NCBI GenBank assembly: GCA_035711865.1
Contig: DASTBT010000052.1
Coordinates: 1 to 61,449 of the forward strand
Source: Actinomycetota bacterium
GTDB taxonomy: Bacteria > Actinomycetota > UBA4738 > HRBIN12
Length of the DNA stretch: 61,449 nt
Direction of reading: 5' to 3'
Part shown: piece by piece, positions 18,214 to 28,022 of the stretch
Position numbering within the stretch: position 1 is the stretch's first letter
Layout of the letters: each line of letters opens with the position of its first letter
Position numbers and translations under genes: made by a program
Notes under the pieces: generated by a model
Databases searched by the model: none
Seen by the model: only the letters and a program-made list of their open reading frames with translations
What the model was told of the DNA's origin: nothing

Positions 18214-19550
18214 CGGACCGCCTTCCCGCTAGCGGCCTTCACCTTGCTCTTCGCCGGTCTCGCCCTCGCCGGCGTCGCGCCCGCGCGACCGATCGATGCA
18301 TGTGGTGCGCGTCGCGCGCCCGCGCGCGCGATGCCACCGAGCGCCCCGATCCCCCCGAGGGTCACGACGAGCGCGGTGCCCCCGAACGAGAGGAGCGGCA
18401 GCGGTACGCCGGTGATGGGCATCAGGCCGGTGACCGCTCCGAGGTTGATGATCGTCTGCAACCCGATCCACCCGGTGATGCCGGCGGCCATCAGCCGGCC
18501 GAACGTATCGGGAGCAGCGATCGCGATTCGGATGCCCGCGAAGAGCAACAACGCGAACATCGCCAGCACGAACAACGCGCCGAGCAGGCCGAGCTCCTCG
18601 CCGACGATCGCGAAGATGAAGTCCGAGTGTGCGTTCGGCAGGTAGTCCCATTTCTGCCGGCTCGCGCCGAGGCCCACGCCGGTCCACCCGCCCGATCCGA
18701 ACGCGATCATGCCCTGGATCAGCTGGAACCCCGCGCCGTCGGGATCGCTCCATGGATCGAGGAACGCATCGACGAACCGCGTGCGACGGTAGGCCTCTCC
18801 GAAGATCAGGAACGCGGTGCCCGCGAGGGCGACCGCGCCCGTGACGATGAGGTAGCGCAGCCGCACGCCGGCCGCGAACAGCAGCACGAACACCGAGCCG
18901 CAGATGATCACCGTGCTGCCCAGGTCGCGTTGCAGGATCACGAGCAGCGCCACCACCAGCACGACGGGTGCGAGCGGGATCAGCAGGTGCGCAGGGTCGT
19001 CGAGCCTTCTCCACTTCTTCGTCAGCACCGTGGCGGTGAACGCCACCATCGCGAACTTCACGAACTCCGAAGGCTGCAGCGTCACCGGCCCCAGGTCGAT
19101 CCATCGCGAGGCGCCGTACAGCGACGAGCCCGACGACGGATGCAGCGCGATCACCATGAGCGGCAGCAGCACGAGCAGCATCGGCACGGCCAGCCGTTGC
19201 CACGCCGTGTGGGGAAGCCGGATCGCGACGATCATCGCCACGACGCCGGCGGCGGCATAGACGAGCTGGCGGTTGAAGTACCAGAAGCTGGTGCCGTACC
19301 CCTCGACCGCCGAGATCGAGCCGGCCGAGAGGATCATCGCCAGTCCGAGCACCGTGAGCACCGCGGTCGGCGCCAGCAGCAGCAGCATGTTGACGCGCGC
19401 GGCATGCATCGCGTCTGCCCTGGCGGGTTGGCGCACGATCCGCAGATTCGGCGAGCGGCGCGATCGACGCGGTCGGGCGGACGACCCCGCTGTCCGAACC
19501 CTCCACCGCCGGCCAGCGGATGCCCGGCGCGAGGATCGGTCACCGGTCAC
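18210..19550 (-). CDS. ftsW: SEDS-family peptidoglycan polymerase FtsW
   Basis: C-terminal 446 aa of the 741-aa ORF. GTG at 19550 has AGGAGG 9 nt upstream and overlaps murD by 11 nt; an alternative ATG lies at 19409. Blocks: QPSEFVKFAMV and PNAHSDFIFAIVGEELG. Confidence 0.92.
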   Translation of the reverse strand: MTGDRSSRRASAGRRWRVRTAGSSARPRRSRRSPNLRIVRQPARADAMHAARVNMLLLLAPTAVLTVLGLAMILSAGSISAVEGYGTSFWYFNRQLVYAAAGVVAMIVAIRLPHTAWQRLAVPMLLVLLPLMVIALHPSSGSSLYGASRWIDLGPVTLQPSEFVKFAMVAFTATVLTKKWRRLDDPAHLLIPLAPVVLVVALLVILQRDLGSTVIICGSVFVLLFAAGVRLRYLIVTGAVALAGTAFLIFGEAYRRTRFVDAFLDPWSDPDGAGFQLIQGMIAFGSGGWTGVGLGASRQKWDYLPNAHSDFIFAIVGEELGLLGALFVLAMFALLLFAGIRIAIAAPDTFGRLMAAGITGWIGLQTIINLGAVTGLMPITGVPLPLLSFGGTALVVTLGGIGALGGIARAGARRAPHASIGRAGATPARARPAKSKVKAASGKAVR

Positions 19551-20892
19551 CGGCGCTCGCCTCCTGCCGCAGGCCCCGGGCCGCGGCCGCGAACCGGTCG
19601 CCGCGCTCGGCGTAGTCCCGGAACTGGTCCCAGCTGGCGCACGCGGGCGCCAGCAGCACCGTGCCGTCCGGCCGCGCGAGGTCGAACGCGGCTCGCACCG
19701 CGTCCTCGATCGAGGCGGCGGCCCGAGCCGGCAACACGCCCTCGAACACCCGCATGATCTCGGGCCCGGCCTCGCCGATCGCGACGACCGCCCGGAGCCG
19801 GTCGGCGCGGTCGACGAGCGGCGACAGGTCGACGCCTTTCGCCGTGCCGCCCGCGACCAGCACCGCATCGTCGACGCCGCCGAGAGCGGCCAGGGCCGCA
19901 TGGACGTTCGTCGCCTTCGAGTCGTCGATGAACCGCACGCCGTCGACGATCGCCGCGACCTGCCCTCGGTGCGGGGCCGACTCGAACCCCCGGAGCCCGT
20001 CGCGCACCGCACGGGGGGTCGCGCCGAACGCGAGCGACGCCGCGGCGGCCGCCGCGGCGTCGGCCCGGAACCCCGCGCCGCCGACGACCCGACCGAGACG
20101 CTCGGGCTGGGGGGTGAGATGCGCGACGAGTTCTTCGCCGTCGAAGCCGACCTCCCGCTCCCCCGGCCGACCCGCCCGGAACCACACCACGTCGCACGCC
20201 GCCATCGACGAGCGTGCGGCCGCCGCGGGATCGTCGCGATTGCCGACGTGCGTCTCGTCGCGCGCCTGGCGGGCGAAGATCCGCGCCTTCGCGTCGGCAT
20301 ACGCATCGAACGAGCCGTGCTCGTCGAGGTGGTCGGGCGCGAGGTTGAGCAGCACCGACACCCGGGGGTGGAACGATCGCTGCATGCGCAGCTGGAACGA
20401 GGAGCACTCCACGACGAGCACCTCGTGTTTTTCATGGACGGCCTGCGGGAACGGGTGGCCGATGTTGCCGCAGGCCACCGCGTCGACGCCCCAGGCCCGC
20501 AGGCAGGCCTCGATCATGCCCGTCGTCGTTGTCTTCCCGTTCGTGCCGGTCACCGCGATGTAGGGGACCTCCGCGAGCCGAGCGCCGAGCTCCATCTCGC
20601 TCCACACCGGGAGGCTGCGCTCGCGGGCCCAGGCGAGGATCGGCGAACGGATGGGCACTCCCGGGCCGGTCACGACGAGCGACGCCCCGTCGAGGTGTGA
20701 GGGGTCGTGGCCGCCGGTCAGCATCTCGACCCCGGCCTCGCGAAGCGCGGCCACCGTGGACAGCTCCGACTCGGGCCGGGCATCGGTCACGCGGACCGTC
20801 GCGCCCTCGGCGGCGAGCACGCGTGCGGCCGAAGCTCCGGCGACACCCGCGCCGACGACGACGACCCGCTGCCCGGCGAACCGGCCGCTCAC
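19540..20892 (-). CDS. murD: UDP-N-acetylmuramoylalanine--D-glutamate ligase
   Basis: GTG at 20892 overlaps the mraY stop (GTGA); 450 aa. Blocks: VVVVGAGVAGASAA, AVTGTNGKTTTTGM and DDSKATN. Confidence 0.95.
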   Translation of the reverse strand: MSGRFAGQRVVVVGAGVAGASAARVLAAEGATVRVTDARPESELSTVAALREAGVEMLTGGHDPSHLDGASLVVTGPGVPIRSPILAWARERSLPVWSEMELGARLAEVPYIAVTGTNGKTTTTGMIEACLRAWGVDAVACGNIGHPFPQAVHEKHEVLVVECSSFQLRMQRSFHPRVSVLLNLAPDHLDEHGSFDAYADAKARIFARQARDETHVGNRDDPAAAARSSMAACDVVWFRAGRPGEREVGFDGEELVAHLTPQPERLGRVVGGAGFRADAAAAAAASLAFGATPRAVRDGLRGFESAPHRGQVAAIVDGVRFIDDSKATNVHAALAALGGVDDAVLVAGGTAKGVDLSPLVDRADRLRAVVAIGEAGPEIMRVFEGVLPARAAASIEDAVRAAFDLARPDGTVLLAPACASWDQFRDYAERGDRFAAAARGLRQEASAGDR

Positions 20893-21956
20893 TCGAGCCC
20901 GCCTCGCTGGATGAAGTCGGCGTAGAACAGCCCCAGCCCGACGGCGACGCAGAGGCCCGCGATGATCCAGAACCGCACGATCACGGTGAACTCGGGCCAG
21001 CCGGCCAGCTCGAAATGGTGATGGATGGGCGACATGCGGAAGATCCGCCGTCCGAACCCTCGGAACGAGATCACCTGCAGGATCACCGACATCGTCTCGA
21101 TCACGAACAGCCCACCGAGGATGACGAGGAGCAGCTGGGTGTTCGTCGTGATCGCGAGCGCGCCGAGCAGACCGCCGATCGCGAGCGAGCCCGTGTCGCC
21201 CATGAAGATGCGCGCCGGGGCCGCGTTCCACCACAGGAAACCGGCCAACGCCCCCATCATGCCCGACGCGACGACGGCGTTGTCGAGCATCGCCGCGCCG
21301 TTCACATCGAAGCATCCCTGTCTCGCGATGCCTTCCGCCCCCACGCACAGGTGGCGGAACTCCCAGAACGCGATGACCACGTACGAGGCGAACACGAGGG
21401 CGCTCGACCCGGCGGCGAGCCCGTCCAGCCCATCGGTGAGGTTCACCGCGTGCGAGGAGGCGGTCAGCATCAAGAAGACCCACACCAGGAAGAAGACGCC
21501 GAGCGCGAGCGCGGTCGGGCGGATGAAGGAAAGGTTGGTCGAGATGCCGGTCTGGGAGCTCGACCGCGCCACGATCCATCCGAACAGTACCGAGACGATC
21601 GCGGTGCCACCGAACTTCTGGACCTTCGTGAGCCCGAGCGAGCGACGGTTCCGCACCTTCATGAAGTCGTCGAGGAACCCCACCAGCCCGAAGCCGACGA
21701 CCGCGATCACCAGCGCCAGCCCCACCACGGTGGGGGCTCCGCTCGTGACGCGGGCCGCGAGATACGCGAGGAGCAGCCCGACGAGGATCACGATGCCTCC
21801 CATCGTCGGCGTGCCCATCTTCTCCATGTGCGTGTGCGGACCGTCCTCGCGGATCCGCTGGCCCCATCCCCAGACGGTGAACGCCCGGATCGCGAGGGGG
21901 GTGCCGAGAAGCGTGACGGCCAAGCCGATCGCGCCCGCCACGAGGATGGAGATCAC
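20889..21956 (-). CDS. mraY: Phospho-N-acetylmuramoyl-pentapeptide transferase
   Basis: GTG at 21956 overlaps the murF stop (GTGA); 355 aa. Blocks: KMGTPTMGGIV, NLTDGLDGLA and FMGDTGSLAIGG. Confidence 0.96.
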   Translation of the reverse strand: MISILVAGAIGLAVTLLGTPLAIRAFTVWGWGQRIREDGPHTHMEKMGTPTMGGIVILVGLLLAYLAARVTSGAPTVVGLALVIAVVGFGLVGFLDDFMKVRNRRSLGLTKVQKFGGTAIVSVLFGWIVARSSSQTGISTNLSFIRPTALALGVFFLVWVFLMLTASSHAVNLTDGLDGLAAGSSALVFASYVVIAFWEFRHLCVGAEGIARQGCFDVNGAAMLDNAVVASGMMGALAGFLWWNAAPARIFMGDTGSLAIGGLLGALAITTNTQLLLVILGGLFVIETMSVILQVISFRGFGRRIFRMSPIHHHFELAGWPEFTVIVRFWIIAGLCVAVGLGLFYADFIQRGGLE

Positions 21957-23314
21957 CGCAGCGCCTCCGCCAGCGACTCGAGTCCGGCGACGCGGGATCC
22001 CTTCACCAGTACCACGTCGCCGGGGCGCGCGTGGGCGCGCACGTCGCTCAGGGCGTCGCCGGCATGGTCGTACGCGGCGACGTCGTCGGGTCGCAAGCCC
22101 TCGCGGATGGCAGCCATCGCGATCAGCCTCGCGGGTTCGCCGACGGCGACGAGCCGGTCGACGCGGAGCCGCGCCGCGAGGTCGCCGAGCCGCTCGTGCT
22201 CCTCGTCGGCGATCGGTCCCAGCTCGGCCATGTGTCCGAGCACCGCGATCATGCGACCCCCCCGTGCCATCGCCCGCGCCGCCTTCAGGGCAGCGGCCAT
22301 CGACTCGGGATTCGCGTTGTACGCGTCGTTGATCACCACGACGCCGCCGGGCGTCGAGAACGTCTCCATGCGCCAGCGGGAGACCGTTGCCGAACACAGT
22401 GCCCGCGCCACCTCGTCGAGCGGCACGCCGAGGATCGACCCGACGGCAGCGGCCGCGAGCGCGTCGGGCACCATGTGCTCACCCGCGACCGCGAGCGTGA
22501 CCGGCGCGCGGCCCTCGTCGGTCTGCAACGTGAACGACGCCGCGCCGTGGTTGCCCATCGAGACGTCGGCGGCGCGCACATCGGCGCCCGGATGTTCGCC
22601 GAAGGTCATGACGCGGCCCGTGTGACGCGATCCGAGCCCGGCGACGACCGGGTCGTCGGTGTTCAACACCGCCCACCCGTCGGGCGCGAGGGCCTCAACG
22701 GGCTCGGCCGCGGCCTCCACGATCGCGTCCCACGACCCGAAGATCTCGAGGTGCGCGAGCCCGACGTTGGTCACGACGACGATCGACGGCCTCACGACCT
22801 CGCACAGAGCGGCGACGTCGCCTTTGCGCCGCGCCCCCATCTCGGCGACGATCACCTCGGTCTCGGCGGTCGCGCCGAGCAGGGTCATCGGCAGACCGAT
22901 CTCGTTGTTGAACGAGCCGGGGCTCGCGTGGGTGACGAACCTCACCGAGGCGACCGCCGCCGTCATGTCCTTCGTGCTGGTCTTCCCGTTGGCGCCGGTC
23001 ACGGCCACGACGCGTGCGGTCAGCCGCCTCGCCTCGGCGGCACCGAGCCTGACGAGCGCCGCGTCGGTGGAGCCGACGAGGATGGCCGGGCCGGCCGATG
23101 CGGTTCCCTCGGGCACGATCGCTCCCACCGCGCCGGCGCGGAAGGCGTCGTCGAGGTAGTCCGCTCCGTCGGCACGTTCGCCCCTGAGCGCCACGAACAG
23201 GGCGCCGGGTCGCGCCACCCGGGAGTCGGTGACCACGTGGGTCACCTGTGCGTCGGTTCCGACGAGCCTGCCGCCGACCTCCCCGGCGATCGTCGAGAGC
23301 GGCCGCGCGATCAT
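21953..23314 (-). CDS. murF: UDP-MurNAc-tripeptide--D-alanyl-D-alanine ligase
   Basis: ATG at 23314 overlaps the murE stop (ATGA); 453 aa. Blocks: AVTGANGKTSTKDM and INDAYNANPESM. Confidence 0.94.
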   Translation of the reverse strand: MIARPLSTIAGEVGGRLVGTDAQVTHVVTDSRVARPGALFVALRGERADGADYLDDAFRAGAVGAIVPEGTASAGPAILVGSTDAALVRLGAAEARRLTARVVAVTGANGKTSTKDMTAAVASVRFVTHASPGSFNNEIGLPMTLLGATAETEVIVAEMGARRKGDVAALCEVVRPSIVVVTNVGLAHLEIFGSWDAIVEAAAEPVEALAPDGWAVLNTDDPVVAGLGSRHTGRVMTFGEHPGADVRAADVSMGNHGAASFTLQTDEGRAPVTLAVAGEHMVPDALAAAAVGSILGVPLDEVARALCSATVSRWRMETFSTPGGVVVINDAYNANPESMAAALKAARAMARGGRMIAVLGHMAELGPIADEEHERLGDLAARLRVDRLVAVGEPARLIAMAAIREGLRPDDVAAYDHAGDALSDVRAHARPGDVVLVKGSRVAGLESLAEALR

Positions 23315-24855
23315 CTGGAACCCCCGAGCGACCGAAGGGCGCGCCGAGCCTCCTCGCGATCGTCGAACTCGATCGTGCGGTCCGCGAATTCCTGGTAGCG
23401 CTCGTGACCCTTGCCGGCGATCACCACGGCATCGCCGGGCTCCGCCGTCGCGACGGCGCGATCGATCGCGGCTCGCCGGTCGGGCTCGATCACGTAATCG
23501 CCACCGCCTTCGGTGGCGCCCCGCTCGATCTCGGCGATGATCGCGAGCGGGTCCTCCGAGCGCGGGTTGTCGCTGGTGACGACCGTCAGATCTGCCGCCG
23601 ATGTGGCGGCCTTCCCCATCAGGGGTCGCTTGGCGCGGTCGCGGTCCCCCCCACAACCGAACACGACGATGAGCCGGCCCGATGTCAGCGGGCGCGTGGC
23701 CTGCAGCACGCCGAGGATGCTATCCGGCGTGTGCGCGTAATCCACCACCACCAGGAACTCCTGCCCCTCCTCGATCGGCTCGACGCGGCCGGGGACCTCG
23801 CTCACGTCGGCGATGCCCGCGAGGATCGCGTCGTCGTCCAGCCCCGCGGCCCTGGCCAGGGCGATCGACGCGAGACAGTTCGAGACGTTGAACCCGCCCC
23901 GCAACCGGGAACGGACCAGCAGCTCGTCGACCCGGAACTCCAGCCCCGTCCGCGACACGTGCACGTCGGTCGCTCGCAGATCCGATCCGGCCGCCACCGA
24001 GAACGTCGAGACCGGGATCGTCGCGGACACCGCGAGCCGCCGGCCCCAGGGGTCGTCGGCGTTCGAGATGCCTCGCCGGGCGTGCGACGGCGTGAAGAGG
24101 TCGGCCTTCGCCGAGAAGTACTCCTCCATCGACGTGTGGTAATCGAGATGATCCTGGGACAGGTTCGTGAACGCGACCGCGTCGAACATCACACCGCCGA
24201 CGCGGTCTTGATCGAGGGCGTGGGACGAGACCTCCGTCGCCACGACCTCGACCTCGGCTTCCCGCATGCGAGCGAGCAGCCGGTGCAGGTCGGGGGCCTC
24301 CGGTGTCGTCCGGTCGAGGGGCACGAGGGCCCCGTCGACACGGGCGCCGGTCGTGCCGATCATCCCCGGTCGCTGGCCGGCCCGGCGCACGATCGCCTCC
24401 AAGAGATGGGTGACCGTCGTCTTCCCGTTCGTCCCGGTCACCCCGAGCATCGTCATGCCGGCCGCCGGGTCGCGGAACGCGATGGCCGAGATCGGCCCCA
24501 TCGCCGCACGCACGGAGGGCACGCATACCTGGGTGGCGGGCAGATCGAGCCAGCGCTCCACCACGATCGCGGCGGCCCCGGCATCGAGTGCGTCCCGCGC
24601 GTAGTCGTGCCCGTCCACCGATCCGCCTGGCACGCAGAAGAACACGGCGCCGGCTCCGGCCGCACGAGAGTCGTACGCCACGTCGAGGATGGACACGGCG
24701 AGATCGCCGCGCGTCACGGCCGCCGGCACGGCCTCGACGAGCGCCGACAGCGGTATCGGCGGGAACGCAGGCGAGGACACCTTCGAGGGGGAACCAGGAG
24801 GGGAAGACACCGGTTCGGAGCTTACCCGTGCTCCCGGCCTCCGGCCGGTAGCCAT
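23311..24855 (-). CDS. murE: UDP-MurNAc-L-Ala-D-Glu--2,6-diaminopimelate ligase
   Basis: ATG at 24855 shares 1 nt with the ftsI stop (TGATG); 514 aa. Blocks: GVTGTNGKTTVTHL, DYAHTPDS and DNPRSEDP. Confidence 0.95.
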   Translation of the reverse strand: MATGRRPGARVSSEPVSSPPGSPSKVSSPAFPPIPLSALVEAVPAAVTRGDLAVSILDVAYDSRAAGAGAVFFCVPGGSVDGHDYARDALDAGAAAIVVERWLDLPATQVCVPSVRAAMGPISAIAFRDPAAGMTMLGVTGTNGKTTVTHLLEAIVRRAGQRPGMIGTTGARVDGALVPLDRTTPEAPDLHRLLARMREAEVEVVATEVSSHALDQDRVGGVMFDAVAFTNLSQDHLDYHTSMEEYFSAKADLFTPSHARRGISNADDPWGRRLAVSATIPVSTFSVAAGSDLRATDVHVSRTGLEFRVDELLVRSRLRGGFNVSNCLASIALARAAGLDDDAILAGIADVSEVPGRVEPIEEGQEFLVVVDYAHTPDSILGVLQATRPLTSGRLIVVFGCGGDRDRAKRPLMGKAATSAADLTVVTSDNPRSEDPLAIIAEIERGATEGGGDYVIEPDRRAAIDRAVATAEPGDAVVIAGKGHERYQEFADRTIEFDDREEARRALRSLGGSR

Positions 24856-26558
24856 CAGGACGTTCCCGCGTGCGGCGGAAGTGCCACCGGTGGTGCGGCG
24901 GGGATCGCGAGACGCTGGATCGCGTAGCGCGCGATCTCCTGGAACAGCGGCGCGGCCGCGAGGCCGCCGTAGACCGTGCGGGGCTCGTCGATCGAGACCG
25001 CGATCACGACGCGAGGGTCGGCGGCGGGCAGGAACCCCGCGAACGACGCGTGGTAGCGCTGCACGTACCGCCCGGCCTCGAGCTTGCGTGAGGTTCCGGT
25101 CTTGCCCGCCACCTGGTACCCGGGGATCTGCGCGTTCACCCCGGTCCCCTCTTCCACGGCCGCCGCGAGCATCCGGGTGAGCAGCGCCGCCGTATCGGGG
25201 CGGATCACCCGCCGATCCTTCCGCGTCGACGCCCGATCGAACGTGCCGTCGGGCCTTTCGAACCCCCGCACGAGCTTCGGCTGCCTCCACACGCCCTCGT
25301 TGGCGATGGTCGCGTAGACGTTCGCCAGCTGCAGGGGCGTCACCGAGATGCCTTGGCCGTAGGAGACCGTCGCCCGGATCACATCGTCCCATCGGTCTCC
25401 CGGCAGGAGCACGCCGGACGCCTCGCCGGGGAAGCCGATCCCGGTCGCCCGTCCGTAGCCGAACTTCCTCATGAAGGAGTCGAGGGTCACGCTCCCAACC
25501 TGTTCGGCGATCAAGGCGGCTCCGATGTTGCTCGACTCGGTGATGATGTCGCCGATCGTCATCGACTCCACCGGGTGAACGTGCGAGTCGCGGATCGTGA
25601 ACGGGCCGACCTCCATGCTCGCCGGAACGGCGAACCGGCGCTGCAACGAGACCGCGCCGGTCTCGAGGGCCGCGGCGGCCGTGATGATCTTGTTCACCGA
25701 GCCCGGCTCGAAGGCGTCGGTCACGGCGCGGTTGCGCATCGCCTCGAGCGGAGCGTCACCGAAGTCGTTGGGGTCGAACCATGGGTAGGTCCCCATGGCG
25801 AGCACCTCGCCGGTCGTTGGATCCATCACGACCGCCGTGCCGCCCAGCGCGCCGTTCGCCCTCACCGCGCGTTCCAGGGCCGCCTGGACCATGTACTGCA
25901 TCTGCCGGTCCAGCGTGGTCTGGACCGTCGACCCCGGAACGGGCTCGACCGTCCGGTCCAGGCCCGTCGAGATCGCGAGACCGTCGGCCGACAGCTCGAC
26001 CGTCCGCTCCCCCGGGGTGCCGGCGAGCTCGTCGTCGAAGGCGCTCTCGAGCCCGGCCGCCCCTTCCCCGTCGATGTTGACGAACCCGAGCACCTGGGCC
26101 GCGAGCACGTCGGCCGGGTAGTAGCGCTCCGCCACCTCGAGGAAGCCGATGCCCGGCAGCGCGAGGGCCTCGAGGTCCTCGGCCACCTCCAGGTCGACCT
26201 GGCGGTCGATGTAGACGAACGTGCCGTCGCCCTCCAGCGCTCGCCGCACCTCTCGCGCAGGCAGATCCAACACCTCCGCGATCGTCTCCGCCTCGCCCTC
26301 GGGGTCGACGACGTAGCTCGGATCGACGTAGATGTCCCGCGCCTCGCGTGACACGGCCAGCGGCACGCCGGAGCGATCGACGATCTCGCCGCGCGCGGCA
26401 GGCAGCGTGATCGACCGCACGCGTTGCTGCAGGCCCAGCGCCTCGAGCTCCGGATTGTCACGCACCTGCAGGGATGCCAGCCGCACCACGATCCCCGCGA
26501 ACGCCAGCAGCATCAGGGCCAGCATCGCGACGAGCCTGGTGACCGGCGGGCGCCTCAT
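24855..26558 (-). CDS. ftsI: Class B penicillin-binding protein (septal transpeptidase FtsI/PBP3)
   Basis: ATG at 26558 overlaps the ftsL-like stop (ATGA); 567 aa. One N-terminal TM, then SVNK (SxxK), ESSN (SxN) and KTGTS motifs. Confidence 0.93.
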   Translation of the reverse strand: MRRPPVTRLVAMLALMLLAFAGIVVRLASLQVRDNPELEALGLQQRVRSITLPAARGEIVDRSGVPLAVSREARDIYVDPSYVVDPEGEAETIAEVLDLPAREVRRALEGDGTFVYIDRQVDLEVAEDLEALALPGIGFLEVAERYYPADVLAAQVLGFVNIDGEGAAGLESAFDDELAGTPGERTVELSADGLAISTGLDRTVEPVPGSTVQTTLDRQMQYMVQAALERAVRANGALGGTAVVMDPTTGEVLAMGTYPWFDPNDFGDAPLEAMRNRAVTDAFEPGSVNKIITAAAALETGAVSLQRRFAVPASMEVGPFTIRDSHVHPVESMTIGDIITESSNIGAALIAEQVGSVTLDSFMRKFGYGRATGIGFPGEASGVLLPGDRWDDVIRATVSYGQGISVTPLQLANVYATIANEGVWRQPKLVRGFERPDGTFDRASTRKDRRVIRPDTAALLTRMLAAAVEEGTGVNAQIPGYQVAGKTGTSRKLEAGRYVQRYHASFAGFLPAADPRVVIAVSIDEPRTVYGGLAAAPLFQEIARYAIQRLAIPAAPPVALPPHAGTS

Positions 26559-26983
26559 GCGCCGTCGCCCTGCGCGCCCGAGGTGTCGGGGCGTTCGCCG
26601 GGCACTCGCAGGATCACGGAATCCCCCGGGGCCGGCACGGCCATGCCCACCGTGTCGGCCCATTCCCCGATGCGGGAGGGCGATGAGAGGCGAGCGGCCT
26701 CGACGCCCAGCTCATCGTTCACCTCGCGCAACCGCCGGACCTGGCTCTGCACGGCGGTCGTCCGGTAGGTCGCGTCCACGACGACCGCGTTCAGGGCGAC
26801 CACGGTGAACACGAGCGAGGAGACGACGACCGCGGCAAGGACCCAGAACGCGGGGGTGGACCCGCGGCGCGCCCGACGCTGGGGAGGGGTGGAGGGGATC
26901 GGGCGCGCCGCGGGGCGCCGCGTCACCGGCGCTTCACGTTCCGCGGCACTGGGTGGAGGGAGCTGTCTGGCCGGGATGCTCAC
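26555..26983 (-). CDS. ftsL: FtsL-like bitopic cell-division protein
   Basis: 142-aa ORF; GTG overlaps the rsmH stop (GTGA). Pro/Arg-rich tail, a single TM (FWVLAAVVVSSLVFTVVAL), then a short helical region QSQVRRLREVNDELGVEAARL. Assigned mainly from position between rsmH and ftsI. Confidence 0.6.
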   Translation of the reverse strand: MSIPARQLPPPSAAEREAPVTRRPAARPIPSTPPQRRARRGSTPAFWVLAAVVVSSLVFTVVALNAVVVDATYRTTAVQSQVRRLREVNDELGVEAARLSSPSRIGEWADTVGMAVPAPGDSVILRVPGERPDTSGAQGDGA

Positions 26984-27873
26984 GCCGCCGCCTCGGCACG
27001 TTCGGCGGCCCGCAGGATCGCGCTGCGCGACCGTGGGTTGCGCGCGACCTCTTCATCGGAGGGACGGACGGGCTTCCTGGTCAACACCGTGAGACGGTCG
27101 TCGTCGCGGAAGGCCCGCTTGACGATGCGGTCTTCCACGGAGTGGTACGCGATCGTCACCACGCGGCCCCCGGGAGCGAGGAGCCCGGCCGCCTGAGGCA
27201 GGGAGGCGGCGAGCTCCTCGGTCTCCCGGTTGACCGCGATGCGGAGCGCCTGGAACGTGCGACGCGCGGGGTGGGGGCCCCCCGGTCGTCGTCCAACGGC
27301 GCCCACGATCACTCCGGCGAGCTGGTCGGTGGTCGTGATCGGCCGCCGGCGCACGATCGCGCGCGCGATGCGGCGCGACCGGCGCTCGTCGCCGAGCTCG
27401 AAGATCAGGTCCGCCAGCTCGCCTTCGGGCAAGGTGTTACAGAGGTCGGCGGCCGACGGCTCGTCGACGCCCGCGCCGGCCATCCGCATGTCGAGCGGCC
27501 CGTCGGCTCGATAGCCGAAGCCGCGCTCGGGGGTGTCGAGCTGCATCGACGAGACGCCGAGGTCGTAGAGCACCCCGTCGACCGGTCCGCCGGTGACCCC
27601 GGCGTCCACCTCCGCGAAGGTCGTGCGGACCGAACGGAACCGCTCGCCGAACGGCGCCAGCCCTTCGTGGGCCAGGGCCAGCGCATCCGGATCGCGGTCG
27701 ATCCCGATCACGTTCCCGACGCCGGCGGCCAGCAGCGCATGCGTGTGCCCGCCGGCGCCGAGCGTCATGTCCACGACCGTGGCCCTGGGGACGCCGCCGA
27801 CCAGGAAGTGCAGGACCTCGGCCACCATGACCGGTTCATGAGGCGGACCGCCGACCCGGCGCCGTTCATCCAC
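26980..27873 (-). CDS. rsmH: 16S rRNA (cytosine1402-N4)-methyltransferase
   Basis: 297-aa ORF starting with GTG. Blocks: HEPVMVAEVL, VDMTLGAGGH, YDLGVSSMQLD and SYHSVEDRIVK-like IAYHSVEDRIVK. Confidence 0.96.
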   Translation of the reverse strand: MDERRRVGGPPHEPVMVAEVLHFLVGGVPRATVVDMTLGAGGHTHALLAAGVGNVIGIDRDPDALALAHEGLAPFGERFRSVRTTFAEVDAGVTGGPVDGVLYDLGVSSMQLDTPERGFGYRADGPLDMRMAGAGVDEPSAADLCNTLPEGELADLIFELGDERRSRRIARAIVRRRPITTTDQLAGVIVGAVGRRPGGPHPARRTFQALRIAVNRETEELAASLPQAAGLLAPGGRVVTIAYHSVEDRIVKRAFRDDDRLTVLTRKPVRPSDEEVARNPRSRSAILRAAERAEAAA

Positions 27874-27874
27874 G

Positions 27875-28015
27875 TCAACCCAACTGCCCGGCGAGGATGC
27901 CGATGCCGATCGAGACGAGCAACGTCAACGCCGTCATGCCGATCAGCGACAGGCTCTGCCGCACCTCGGTGCCGAGCTTCGTCTGCTCGGCGGCATCCGG
28001 ATCGGTCGTCGCCAT
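27875..28015 (-). CDS. Candidate 46-aa single-TM protein between mraZ and rsmH
   Basis: ATG at 28015 has AGGAGG 10 nt upstream, inside the mraZ end. The stop lies 1 nt before the rsmH GTG. Sequence: MATTDPDAAEQTKLGTEVRQSLSLIGMTALTLLVSIGIGILAGQLG. Third-position G/C is high. The ORF-track entry 27875..28120 is an over-extension. Confidence 0.45.
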   Translation of the reverse strand: MATTDPDAAEQTKLGTEVRQSLSLIGMTALTLLVSIGIGILAGQLG

Positions 28016-28022
28016 GTGCGCG

